Below are positions 10,053 through 20,500 of a DNA stretch of 64,000 nt, one piece after another (the first letter of the stretch is position 1; each line of letters begins with the position of its first letter). The stretch spans positions 126,299 through 190,298 of the IMG/VR virus record IMGVR_UViG_3300037361_000044. One strand, given 5' to 3'. This stretch comes from a virus. Taxonomy: Duplodnaviria > Caudoviricetes. The notes beneath the pieces were generated by a model, which ran no database searches, was not told the origin of the DNA, and worked only from the letters and a program-made list of their open reading frames with translations. The position numbers and the translations under genes were made by a program.

Positions 10053-10238
10053 CTACGCGCGGAGCTCGGGCCCCACCTTCTTGTTCTGCTCGCGCATGCC
10101 GAGCAGCTCAGCCTCGGTCTTGGCCAAGATTTGCTTGGTAGCTCGGTGCTTCCCAGCAACGTAACCAAGGGTTCCGATGACAGCTGCGCCGACGGTTGAT
10201 GCGGTGGCAATGATGGCGATGCGAATAGCGTTGGTCAT
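10053..10238 (-). CDS. Small single-pass membrane protein
   Basis: Hydrophobic N-terminus, charged helical tail; bracketed by promoter-like and terminator-like motifs. Confidence 0.7.
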   Translation of the reverse strand: MTNAIRIAIIATASTVGAAVIGTLGYVAGKHRATKQILAKTEAELLGMREQNKKVGPELRA

Positions 10239-10289
10239 GGTCTTTTGCTTTCCTGGAACAACCGATGTGGCTGTTTTCCTCTTACCTTA

Positions 10290-10316
10290 CTTATGCCCGC
10301 TTTCCCGGCGTTTTTG
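10290..10316 (-). promoter_or_regulatory. Putative phage promoter CAA-N19-ATAAG
   Basis: Minus strand CAAAAACGCCGGGAAAGCGGGCATAAG, intergenic. Confidence 0.6.
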
Positions 10317-10319
10317 CAG

Positions 10320-11699
10320 TTATGCCACATCGTCTAGGAAGATGGTCTCGCCCCAATCTGCTGGAGCGCGTCTACGTGATCCAGGAACAATTCCCCAGAT
10401 GACGTTGATGCCACGCGGCTGCTCCTCGGGCGCTGTTCCGTCGCCATCGCTCAAGTAGATCACAGCATCTGGCTTCGGTCTGGCCTGCTCTGCCATCTCG
10501 AAGGCTGGGCAGAAGTCTGTACCCCCACGCCCCTTGATCTCCATGTGCTGCAGGTCCCTTATGGACACACGTGTTGGCGGTGTTTGTACTTTCGTGTCCG
10601 CCTCCATGTACCAGACGTTCATGACGCCGGTCTGCCGCATGACATCAACGCAGACGCGTAGCGCGTCACCCAGGTTCTGCTTCCCCATGGAGGCAGAGCT
10701 GTCGACTACGATCCATATTGTCGGCTCGTACGCGATCAGCCCAGGCCTTGGAAAGCCAACCAGTGTGGAGCGCTTTGAAGGTCTGCGCATGCTGTAGTCC
10801 AGGCCTCCTCTTTGGATGTTACCTACCAAGCTGCGTGTAGCTCTGCCGAGTTTTGCCACCCAGGGCACATGAAACACGGTGTCGCTGATTTCAACTATCT
10901 CGCTCCACGAGCCGGGCATGGTCCCGCGGCCCTCTCCTTCCATGTGCGCCTTTATTGCAGCCGCGGTGTCGCGTGCAAACTTGTGGCACTGCGTCTCTGA
11001 GTGCCCTATCCGATTGTCTTCTGACTTCTCCAATTCCTTTCTTAGCGGGTTGCCGGATACGCCACCGCAGCAGCCAGCCATGATCTTTCCCTGGTTTGGC
11101 TTTTCTCCGGGCTGCGGCGAGCTGCTGGAAGAACCCAGGCCTTGCCCAGGCTTCCCGGCACCGTTGCTGCCAGCAGCCTGTTTTTGGTGCTCCTTGGCCT
11201 CGTGCTTTTCCAGCAGGTGGTAGTACGCATCCGCAGTCAGCCCATCTTCGAATCCGTATTGAGACGGCATGAGCGCCCAGTCCGGGAATTCCCAAAGCGG
11301 CGCTTGCTTGATGACCTGGTTGCCGTTGTCCTTGGTGCGTATACTCCGCATTTGCTTGACCATCGTGCCGTTGATGAACAAGTCAGCTGCCCTGTTGTAA
11401 CGCTCGGGGTCTGCGTAGCTCTTTCCTCGGTTGATGTGATGCAGCAGCGCGTGCAGGCACTCATGCCCTAGCCCAGTGGCAAGTACAAGCACGCTTATCT
11501 CGTTGAGCCAGTCGGGCTCGTAGAGAAGTACTAGCCGCTCAGTAACTGCCAGCGGGCCACCCGCTATCTCAGTAAGGCCCACGTAGGGCCTTGGAATGAG
11601 GCCGTACAGGGTGGCCCCGAAGTACGGCGCTTGTAGTTTCACATAGGCTCGAGCCAGCGCAAGCTTATTGCTTGTTTTGTCCGATCCGACTTCTGCCAC
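10320..11699 (-). CDS. HExxH metallopeptidase plus vWA domain protein (DUF2201-like)
   Basis: GHECLHALLHH, N.AADLFIN, VVDSSASM, GRGGTDF, IYLSDG. Confidence 0.88.
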   Translation of the reverse strand: MAEVGSDKTSNKLALARAYVKLQAPYFGATLYGLIPRPYVGLTEIAGGPLAVTERLVLLYEPDWLNEISVLVLATGLGHECLHALLHHINRGKSYADPERYNRAADLFINGTMVKQMRSIRTKDNGNQVIKQAPLWEFPDWALMPSQYGFEDGLTADAYYHLLEKHEAKEHQKQAAGSNGAGKPGQGLGSSSSSPQPGEKPNQGKIMAGCCGGVSGNPLRKELEKSEDNRIGHSETQCHKFARDTAAAIKAHMEGEGRGTMPGSWSEIVEISDTVFHVPWVAKLGRATRSLVGNIQRGGLDYSMRRPSKRSTLVGFPRPGLIAYEPTIWIVVDSSASMGKQNLGDALRVCVDVMRQTGVMNVWYMEADTKVQTPPTRVSIRDLQHMEIKGRGGTDFCPAFEMAEQARPKPDAVIYLSDGDGTAPEEQPRGINVIWGIVPGSRRRAPADWGETIFLDDVA

Positions 11700-11700
11700 G

Positions 11701-12957
11701 TTAGGCCAGCTCTTTCAGGAAGTTCTGTACGCCGCTCTTGGATAGACGCACCAGTACAGGTCTCGCTGCAGCAACCACATCGCTGTTGCCGGAGTGCACA
11801 CCCAACTGGGCCTGGATAAGACCCTCCACGCAAGGCACAACAACGTCGGATAGCTGTGCGTCGAATAGCTGACCCAGGCTCTTCCACAGCAGCGGTGCCA
11901 CCTCTAGCTGCGCATCACGTGACGGTTTTTGCCGTACGTATGCTGTGGCGCTGTTGTACGCAGCTAGCACGATGTCCAGCCGGTGGGGGTTTACCTTCCA
12001 CTTGCCTGTGAGCACATCCATGGGTTTCGGTATGTCCGTTTCTGCTGCGTAGGTCATGAACATTGAGCCGGCCCCTTCGCCAACGCAGGAATACACCAAC
12101 GCTTCGCGGATACTGTCACCCTTATGTAGGATGCTCGCAGTAGTCCACGCCCGCATGGCGTAGTCCCACGTGCGTGGCGATGGCCAGCTTTTGCTGCTTT
12201 GCGGGTCGGACGGTGCCGGCATCTTGTGTAGTAGCGACGGATTGGCTTCCATGAATGCGGTGAACAAGCCTAGGGTCTCGGGAAAGATGGAAGGCCAATC
12301 CGAGATGACTACCTCTTCGATCTCAGCCAGGGTTGCTTGTAATCCCTCCAAGGTGTTGCCCATCTGGAAGGCGCTCCACTCACGCGCTGTTGGACCGGGG
12401 TCGGTCACGTGCATGAAGCGGTTGGCTAGTGGCGGGGAGAACCTGAAGCCCCCGGTGGCTATGTCCTCGGGGTTCGACGCCGCGAGCATTCGAATGCCCC
12501 CAGGAATGGGCTGGTCCCCAGCCACCCGTTCATGGATGAAGCTTTGGATGGCACCCTGTGTGGCAGGCGTGGCGCCGTTCACCTCGTCGAGAAAGATGAT
12601 GCCGCGCCCGACCTTGATGAGCTCGCGTACCTGAGAGAGCGGGCAGATCTGTCTGGCCCCTCCCTTACCATCCGGGATGAGCGCCCCGGAGAAGTCCTCG
12701 GGTGGATGCTGCGCTGCGAACAAAGACCTGGCACTGATGTGCAGTACCTTGCTCATCTGTTTGATGCGGGCGGTTTTGGCGTTGCCAGGTAGGCCTTCGA
12801 TAATGAGGGGCAACCCCCAGAGACAATCGTCGTGGCCAGGGTACCCGTCCATGGGGGAGGCCAAGGCCACCTCAACCAGCTCGTTTAGCTCTTTTCTCCC
12901 CAGCGGCATTGCGAGGGGATTGGTCAGCGCGGTTGTACTTGCTTTCTTAGTTGCCAT
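11701..12957 (-). CDS. MoxR-type AAA+ ATPase
   Basis: GLPGNAKT, IIFLDEVN, AASNP, PLANRF, PSPRTW; likely start ATG 12957. Confidence 0.88.
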   Translation of the reverse strand: MATKKASTTALTNPLAMPLGRKELNELVEVALASPMDGYPGHDDCLWGLPLIIEGLPGNAKTARIKQMSKVLHISARSLFAAQHPPEDFSGALIPDGKGGARQICPLSQVRELIKVGRGIIFLDEVNGATPATQGAIQSFIHERVAGDQPIPGGIRMLAASNPEDIATGGFRFSPPLANRFMHVTDPGPTAREWSAFQMGNTLEGLQATLAEIEEVVISDWPSIFPETLGLFTAFMEANPSLLHKMPAPSDPQSSKSWPSPRTWDYAMRAWTTASILHKGDSIREALVYSCVGEGAGSMFMTYAAETDIPKPMDVLTGKWKVNPHRLDIVLAAYNSATAYVRQKPSRDAQLEVAPLLWKSLGQLFDAQLSDVVVPCVEGLIQAQLGVHSGNSDVVAAARPVLVRLSKSGVQNFLKELA

Positions 12958-12958
12958 T

Positions 12959-13570
12959 CTATCCATCTCCAGCAGGCTTGTGACAGTCGCAGTTTCCGTG
13001 TCTCCAGCAGCGTTCGTAGAGACCATCCAGGCACACCTGTAGACCGGGCTTGGGCTCGAGTGGGGCTTCCCATAGGGGCTCGTCCCGTCCGTCTTCCATG
13101 TGCTTTAGACAGCCGATGCAGATGTGGTAGTCGTTCTGCATCTCCACGAACTTCGGGGTAGGTTCCCCGTTTGGCGCGCGCTCTGACCAGTGCATCTCAC
13201 CGAATTGCAAGATGGCCACGGTCTCGCCCAGCAGTACATCACTGCGGCAAGCATCGCACTCAATCACCCCGTCGTCATCTACTACGGGCGGAGCATCTTC
13301 TGTGAGCTCTCTTAGGTCTTCCAGCACCTCCTCGCCACAGTCGAAGCAGTAGAACGTTGGGTTGTACATGTAGTCGCCGTCTGCGCCCAACAGGTCCACA
13401 TGCTGCACCGTGGTCTTCGGCTGCACCGGCTGCACGACGCGTAGGAGGAATATCTCCTCGGTCATCATCAGTTCCGCACCGCAGTGGGCGCATACGACTC
13501 CGGCGCTCTCGTCCGTGTCTATCTCGTCTTCATCTTCTTCATCTTCTTCGTCGGTTACGTACGCAACCAC
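12959..13570 (-). CDS. Acidic multi-Cys, putative Zn-binding protein
   Basis: CAHC/CFDC and CDAC/CIGC pairs; acidic N-terminus. Confidence 0.7.
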   Translation of the reverse strand: MVAYVTDEEDEEDEDEIDTDESAGVVCAHCGAELMMTEEIFLLRVVQPVQPKTTVQHVDLLGADGDYMYNPTFYCFDCGEEVLEDLRELTEDAPPVVDDDGVIECDACRSDVLLGETVAILQFGEMHWSERAPNGEPTPKFVEMQNDYHICIGCLKHMEDGRDEPLWEAPLEPKPGLQVCLDGLYERCWRHGNCDCHKPAGDG

Positions 13571-14169
13571 AGGCGTGTCCTCTCTCTGGGTTCGGTTCTC
13601 TCGATACTTACCCAGCGTCGTTCGATGGTCTCCAGACGCAGGTCTGGACCGCGCCCCGCAAACAGGTCCATGTCGTTGAGCAACATCAGCCGCTCGATGT
13701 AGTCATTGTTGGCGCCGTCGTGAATTTTACGTTCGAACTCAAGACCAGACGGAAGCACGGCGTCCACCGGGTACATCGCCCTGGCCTCGAGCTCCCGGTC
13801 ATACAAGTCGTCCAGCAGATCGTCAGTGTCTACACAAAGACCCAGCCAGGCAGGATCATCCGGCTCCACGTACTGCTGGTCCAGCCAGGAGCAGTACGTG
13901 TCTGGGCTGGCAACACCAAGCAATACCTCGAGGTCTCTCTGGTTGCAGAAGCTGCAGAACCCCTTCTGGTCGTAGACCTTGGCGCGTAGTCCGCCCAGGC
14001 TCCTACCCGCCACGGGGGTGTACAACGCATGTATTGTCCAGACGCGTCGCGGGTTGTCTACGTCTATGAATGACTGGCCAAGTGCACCGAAGGTCTCTTC
14101 GACTATGTGGGTTCCTGGAATGGGGGTAAGTAGCGCACGCCCTTCTGCTGTGAAGGGATTTACAAGCAT
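13555..14169 (-). CDS. Hypothetical protein
   Basis: GGAGG RBS; overlaps neighbours in operon. Confidence 0.75.
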   Translation of the reverse strand: MLVNPFTAEGRALLTPIPGTHIVEETFGALGQSFIDVDNPRRVWTIHALYTPVAGRSLGGLRAKVYDQKGFCSFCNQRDLEVLLGVASPDTYCSWLDQQYVEPDDPAWLGLCVDTDDLLDDLYDRELEARAMYPVDAVLPSGLEFERKIHDGANNDYIERLMLLNDMDLFAGRGPDLRLETIERRWVSIERTEPRERTRLWLRT

Positions 14170-14261
14170 GGTTGGTTGGCCTCCCTGATGTAGTCTTGTA
14201 GGCGTAGAAGGATTCCGTAGAGCAGGCCGGCTATGAAGGCCCAGATGAATAGTTGCTGCAT
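14160..14261 (-). CDS. 33-aa predicted membrane microprotein (MQQLFIWAFIAGLLYGILLRLQDYIREANQPCL)
   Basis: Manual translation; fills the gap, 1 nt after upstream stop and overlapping the downstream start. Confidence 0.55.
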   Translation of the reverse strand: MQQLFIWAFIAGLLYGILLRLQDYIREANQPCL

Positions 14262-14262
14262 G

Positions 14263-14409
14263 CTAGCGATCTTGCTGTTGGCTTTCGTCCGTTGGCTTCG
14301 TGGAAGGGTCCGCGTAAAGGCTGGCTACTAGCTCCTGGTACTCCCTGCCGGCACTCCTTGGCCGCGGGGGCGCTTCATTGCTCTTCTTGGGCGCAGCGGC
14401 TCTCGACAT
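14263..14409 (-). CDS. 48-aa microprotein (MSRAAAPKKSNEAPPRPRSAGREYQELVASLYAD...)
   Basis: Manual translation; GGAGG RBS; first ORF after the ATAAG motif. Confidence 0.55.
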   Translation of the reverse strand: MSRAAAPKKSNEAPPRPRSAGREYQELVASLYADPSTKPTDESQQQDR

Positions 14410-14433
14410 GTCGAATTTCCTCCGTACATGGTC

Positions 14434-14460
14434 CTTATCTCGGCTAGTACGCAGCTATTG
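14434..14460 (-). promoter_or_regulatory. Putative phage promoter CAA-N19-ATAAG
   Basis: Minus strand CAATAGCTGCGTACTAGCCGAGATAAG heading the 14409-10053 operon, divergent from RNAP. Confidence 0.6.
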
Positions 14461-14513
14461 CGCAGTTTTAGCGACCATGGACGCGGCGTCCGGCTATACT
14501 GCTCGGAGAGAGC

Positions 14514-17500
14514 ATGGCGTACCTGGATCCCAACGAGGCATTTGACCACTTCAGAGACCGAACTCTGGAGGCGATAGGGAAGCAATTCCCGGTCGACGGC
14601 ATCAATCAGGTGCTGAGCTTGGAGCGGCTTGAAGTACCTGACGAGCTAAGTCCGGATGATATTCGCAGTCAGCACCACGCCAAGGTGAACGGCCAGACGT
14701 GGGGTGTTCCAATCATCGCGCACCTGGCATTGACGAACAAGCAGACCGGGGAAGTGACGCGCTCCCGTACACGGATTGCTGAGCTGCCAAAGGTCACTGG
14801 TAGGCACAGCCACATCGTCAATGGGCAGGAGTACCAGGTAGACAACCAGTGGCAGCTCAAGCCCGGAGCCTACGTGCGGCGTCGGCAGACGGGGCAGATC
14901 GAGACCATGTTTCAGTCAAGCAAACGCCCGTCTTTCGACGTCACGTTTGACGACGCCTCCAAGGAGTTCAAGGCTGAGCTCCCCGGTGGTAAGGCTATTG
15001 TGCCGTTGTACCCGCTGCTGTCCGCGCTCGGCGTACATGACGACGAGTTGGAGAGGGCCTGGGGTAAGGACATCCTGCAGACCAACAAGAGCTCGCGCAA
15101 CGTGGCCGGCGCCGTGGCGCAGTACTACAAGACTACGAAGCGTGAGGAGCCCAAGAGCCACGAGGATGCAGTCAGGCACCTGGTCGACTCTCTGAAGCAG
15201 ACCGACCTACGTCCGGAGTCTACGGACATCACGCTGGGTAAGCCCATAGACCATGTGAACGGTGACGCATTGCTTAGGGCGACCAAGCGCATGCTGGCTG
15301 TACAACGGGGTGAGGCGCAGGACGACCGCGACTCGCTGGTATTCAAGGACCTGCGAAGCGTGGGTGATTTCTCTCACGACAAGATCATGGCGGCCAGCGG
15401 TGACATCCGCAGGAAGATGCAGCGCAAGATCAATAAGGCGACGAGCCCGCGGGATGTGGTCCCGTTCGAGGCGTTCAACAAGCCTATCCGTGAGACGTTC
15501 TTCAAGAACTCCGCGGCGCAGGTGGCTAAGCAAATCAACCCGGTGGAGATGGTCTCTACCGCGCAGCAGACCACAGTGATGGGCCCCGGCGGCATCCAGT
15601 CAGAGCAGCAGATTCTGGATGAGGTGAAGTTCGTAAACGCTTCCCACATGGGATTCCTGGACCCCATTCACACGCCAGAGGGCAGCAAGACTGGTGTGAC
15701 GCTGCGTATGCCAATCAGCGTCACCCAGCACGGTCACGAGCCTAGGATACCCCTGTACAACATGCGTACGGGCAAGACCGAGCAGGTTGGTCCCGCTACG
15801 TTCCTCCGGTCGAAAGTGGTCCTACCAGATCAGGTGACGTGGGACGGCGACAAGCCAGTGGCTAAGTATCCTGCGGTGAAGTGGTCTACCACAGGCAATG
15901 AAGTTGCCGATGGCCATCTCAAGGATGCGGACTACGTGATGAAGCACTCCTCGCAGTTCTTCAACATCACTAGCAATCTCATCCCGTTCGTCAACAATAC
16001 GTCTGGTGGCCGTGCGTCTATGGCCACACGACACATGGAGCAGTCCATTTCCTTGCTGCACCGTGAAGCCCCCATGGTGCAGGTGGGCACCGGCAGTAGT
16101 ACGGCAGGTAGCCGTACGTTCGAGGAGATCATTGGTTCACAGGCGTCGCATCGGTCTCCGGTGTCGGGCACGGTGAAGGCTGTGAAGCACGATGCCGTGG
16201 TGGTGACTGACCACTTGGGCAAGGACCACGAGGTTCAGGTCTACCGCAATTACCCGCTGAATGACGCGAAGTCGGTACTCGACTCCACCATTCTGGTGAA
16301 GCCCGGCGACAAGGTGAAAGCCTCGCAGGTGGTGGCCGACACAAACTTCTCGCGTAATGGCACCATCGCGCTGGGTACAAACCTGCGCGTCGGCTACATC
16401 CCCTACAAGGGGTACAACTTCGAGGATGGTGTAGTCATCAGCGAGAGCGCCGCCAAGAAGCTGAGTAGTGTGCACTTGTACAAGCACAAGGTCGGTGTTG
16501 ATGACGATACGGTCCTAGCCAAGCGGCACTACATGACACAGCACCCTGGTCTGTACAGTAGGGATCAGTTCTCCAAGATAGGCGACAACGGTTTGGCCGT
16601 GGTCGGTTCGAAGGTGCAGCCTGGAGACCCCCTTGTACTGTCCATGAAGAAGGCCGTCGTGAAGGACAGGACTGGTCTGTCCGCTATTCGCAAGAGCTTG
16701 GGAGAGACCTACTCGGATAGATCTTTGACCTGGGAGGGTGAAGGACCTGGCGAGGTTGTAAGCTCGTTCAAGAAGGATGGGGAAGTCGTTGTCCACGTGC
16801 GCGCGGTAGAGCCCATGCAAGTGGGTGACAAGATGGCGGGGCGCTATGGTAACAAAGGCATCGTCACCAAGATCGTGCCCGACCACGAGATGCCACATAC
16901 CCCAGACGGGCGGCATATCGAGGTGGCGCTAAACCCCTCCGGCGTTCCCGGCCGCATGAACATTGGGCAGGTGCTTGAGACTGCCGCAAGCAAGATTGCG
17001 GAGAAGACAGGTAAGCCCTACGTTGTGCAGAACTTCGATGGCACGAACCAGCTGGAGACCATTCAGGCGGAGTTGAAGAAGCACGGCATTAGCGACGTAG
17101 AAGACCTGTACGACCCGATGAACAAGCAGAAGTTGGGATCGGCGCTGGTAGGCAACCAGCACATGATCAAGCTGCACCATCAAGTCGACAAGAAGGTGTC
17201 GGTACGCTCTGGGCTCAACTTGCCAGGCGGCGGCGTAGAGAAGTACAACTCCAACCTGCAGCCCACAGGCGGTGGTCATTCTGGTGGGCAGTCCATGGAC
17301 CCGCTAGGGTTGTACTCGCTACTGGCGCACGGCGCTCGAGCGAACATCCGAGAGATGCAGACATGGAAAAGCGAAGGACCGGACATGTCTGCCTCCGCCG
17401 CAAAGCAGTGGCAGAGTCAGCATCACGATGTGTGGGATGCCATTCAGCACGGTGACCCGTTGCCAACTCCCAAGCCTACATTCGCCTTCAAGAAGTTCAC

Positions 17501-20500
17501 GGACATGCTGACGGGTGCTGGCATCAACATCGAGAAGCACGGGCACGAGTTTGTGCTTACGCCACTCACCAATCAGCAGATCCATGCGTTGACGGGTGAC
17601 CGTGTGCTGCCGAAGCCCGCTGAGCTGCTCTATGCCAAGCCCGATCCCAAGACGGGTGAGCCCCGCCCAAAGCCAGGTGGGTTATTCGACGAGCGGTTGA
17701 CCGGTGGGCACGGCGGCAAGAAGTGGAGTCGAATGACTTTGGCAGAGCCGGTACCGAATCCGGTGTTTGCCGAGTCCATTCGAATGCTGGCTGGGTTATC
17801 GAACGAGCACTACACCGGGCTGGTACATGGCACGCATGTACTGGGCGCGGACGGCAAGGTTGTACCTATGGGCCCCGGTATTACTGGGCAGGCCGGTGGT
17901 GCTGCCGTCGAAACCCTGCTGCACAAGGTGGACATCGACAAGGATTTGGCCGCCGCGCGCAAAGCCTTGGATACGCTTCCTGCATCCAAGGTCGACAAGA
18001 CTTTGAAGAAGGTGAAGCGGCTACAGGCGTTGAAGGACGCAGGACTTGGTGCAGCGGAGGCGTACATACTGCACTCGCTGCCTATTGTCCCTCCGGCGAT
18101 GCGCCCCATCACCGTAATGCATGACGGTAGCTTCAAGTTTGATGATATCAACCAGCTGTATTCTCAGTTAGCGCAGAACAACAGCCAGCTGCAGGACCCC
18201 ACGCTGCGTGACAACCTGCTACCCGAGCGCCGTAGGGACCTACGCAGGGACTTGTACGACGGGGTTGGCGCCGTCATGGGCGTAGGCGTTCCGTATGCGG
18301 ATGCTGCGCACAAGGGCTTGATTCACCAGATCCAAGGGGCGGCTCCGAAGACTGGTTACTTCCAGAGCACGCTCATCAGCCGCAAGCAGGACTTGAGCAT
18401 GCGCTCCACGATTGTCCCGGAACCAGCCCTGTCCCTGGACGAGATCGGGCTGCCCAAGGAACACGCTATGAAGCTGTTCTCCCCCTTCGTGGTAGGCGAG
18501 CTGCGCAAGTCTGGCATGGCACTGAACGTGGCTGACGCGCAGAGCATGGTGGCGAAGAACGCGCCAGCGGCTCAGCGGGCATTGCAGCGGGTGATGACGG
18601 ATCGTCCTGTGCTCTTGAAGCGTGATCCGGCCCTGCACAAGTACAGCGTACAGGCGTTCAAGCCGCGAGTGGTGGACGGTAACGCCATCAAGATTCATCC
18701 GCTAGTGACCGGCGGGTACAACGCGGACTTTGACGGCGACACCATGAGCGTGTTCGTACCTATCGGGCAGGACGCGGTGGCGGAGGCGCACAAGATGCTG
18801 CCCTCGAACAACTTGTTCAGCGAGGCTACAGGGAAGGTCATGTACCAACCCACCCTCGAGTCGGCGCTAGGGTTGTACAAGCTGTCGCGGGTCACTGACG
18901 CCAAGGTTCACCATGTGCAGCACCCAGCTGATGCCATCAAACTCGTGCAGACGGGCAAGCTGTCCGTCAACGACAGGGTGCAGTATGGGGGCCAGGTGAC
19001 CACCACTGGTCGCATTCTGATGGCAGCAGCGCTACCTGAGCCCATGCAGCAGTCCATTCTAGGAGACCTGCATAAAAGCCTGGATAAGAAGGGCCTCGAC
19101 ACGCTGCTGACGCAGGTGGCTCGGGAGCATTCCGGGGACTACGGCTCTGTAGCAGACAAGCTGAAGGACATTGGCAACGGTGCCGCTAGTGGCGTCGTGA
19201 CGGTGGAGCACAACAACTACACTGGAGACCACCGGTTGGACCCCCAGAAGCGGACGTATGTGCCAGTCGGGGTTCACACGTTGGCTCTGTCCGACTTCAC
19301 CCCGGACATCGCTACGCGCGAGCATGTGTTGGCTCCTGTCCGCGTGGAGGTTGCCAAGATCAAGGGCAGCAGCATGACGCAGTACGCCAAGGACGCGGCA
19401 ACCGTGCGTGCCTGGTCAGCGGCAGACCAGCAGATGCAGAAGGACCACATGGCGAAGGCCACAGACAAGCCCTCGAACCTCATGACAATGCACTTGGCTG
19501 GCGTGAAGCCAGGCTGGGGGCAGTACAAGCAACTAACCCTCGCTCCGATGCTGGTGGCAGACGCATCAGGCCGCACTATCCCCGTGCCAATCACCAAGAG
19601 CTACGCAGAGGGGCTGGACACGGGGGACTACTGGAACCAGATGCACGGGGCCCGTCGAGGGGCTGTGATGAAGGTCCAGGAAGTCCGTGAACCTGGTTAC
19701 CTGTCGAAGCTGCTCATGGCCAACACCATGGACATGGTCGTCAATGGGGAGGATTGTGGTACCACGCGTGGCATTGCGCTGCCGGTCACAGACTCGGATG
19801 TGCATGACCGCATCCTGCAGAAGGACTTCAGCGTAAAGGGCGTGCACATCCCTGCCGGCACGATGCTGACGCCAAACCTGGTGTCTCGCATGCGTGCGGT
19901 GAGTCCCCGCGAGCAGATTGTGGTGCGGAGTCCGTTGAAGTGCGAGCACGCGAAGGGGGTTTGCCAGAAGTGCATGGGACTGTCATCGGACGGGAACATG
20001 CATCAGATCGGCGAGAACATCGGTGTGTCAGCCGCGCAGTCGCTGGGGGAGCGCGCAGTGCAGCTGACTATGCGTGTGTTCCACACAGGCGGCACGGTGG
20101 ATACCGGGGGTGGCTCCAAGGTGCTTGGGGAGTTTGACCGGTTGAATCAGCTCATGATGCTGCCAAAGCACATTGCCGATTCGTCCACACTTGCCATGCA
20201 CACGGGCACCATCGAGAAGATAGAGCCCACGGCGACCGGCGTCACCGTCTACATCTCCGGCAAGAAGCACCACGTGGGCAAGGACGCCAAGGGCGCCCCG
20301 CTGTGGAAACCTCTCGTGGACGCGGCCCCTGGCTGGGCTCCGCCAAAGGTGGGGATGCAGGTTACCAAGGGGCAGGTGTTGAGCGATCCATTGCGTACTC
20401 TGGTGAACCCACACGACCTGTACAAGGCCACTGGCAACATGGAGACCGTCCAGAACTACTTGGCGGACCAGGTGCATGCTCTGTACAAGGGTGAGGGCAT

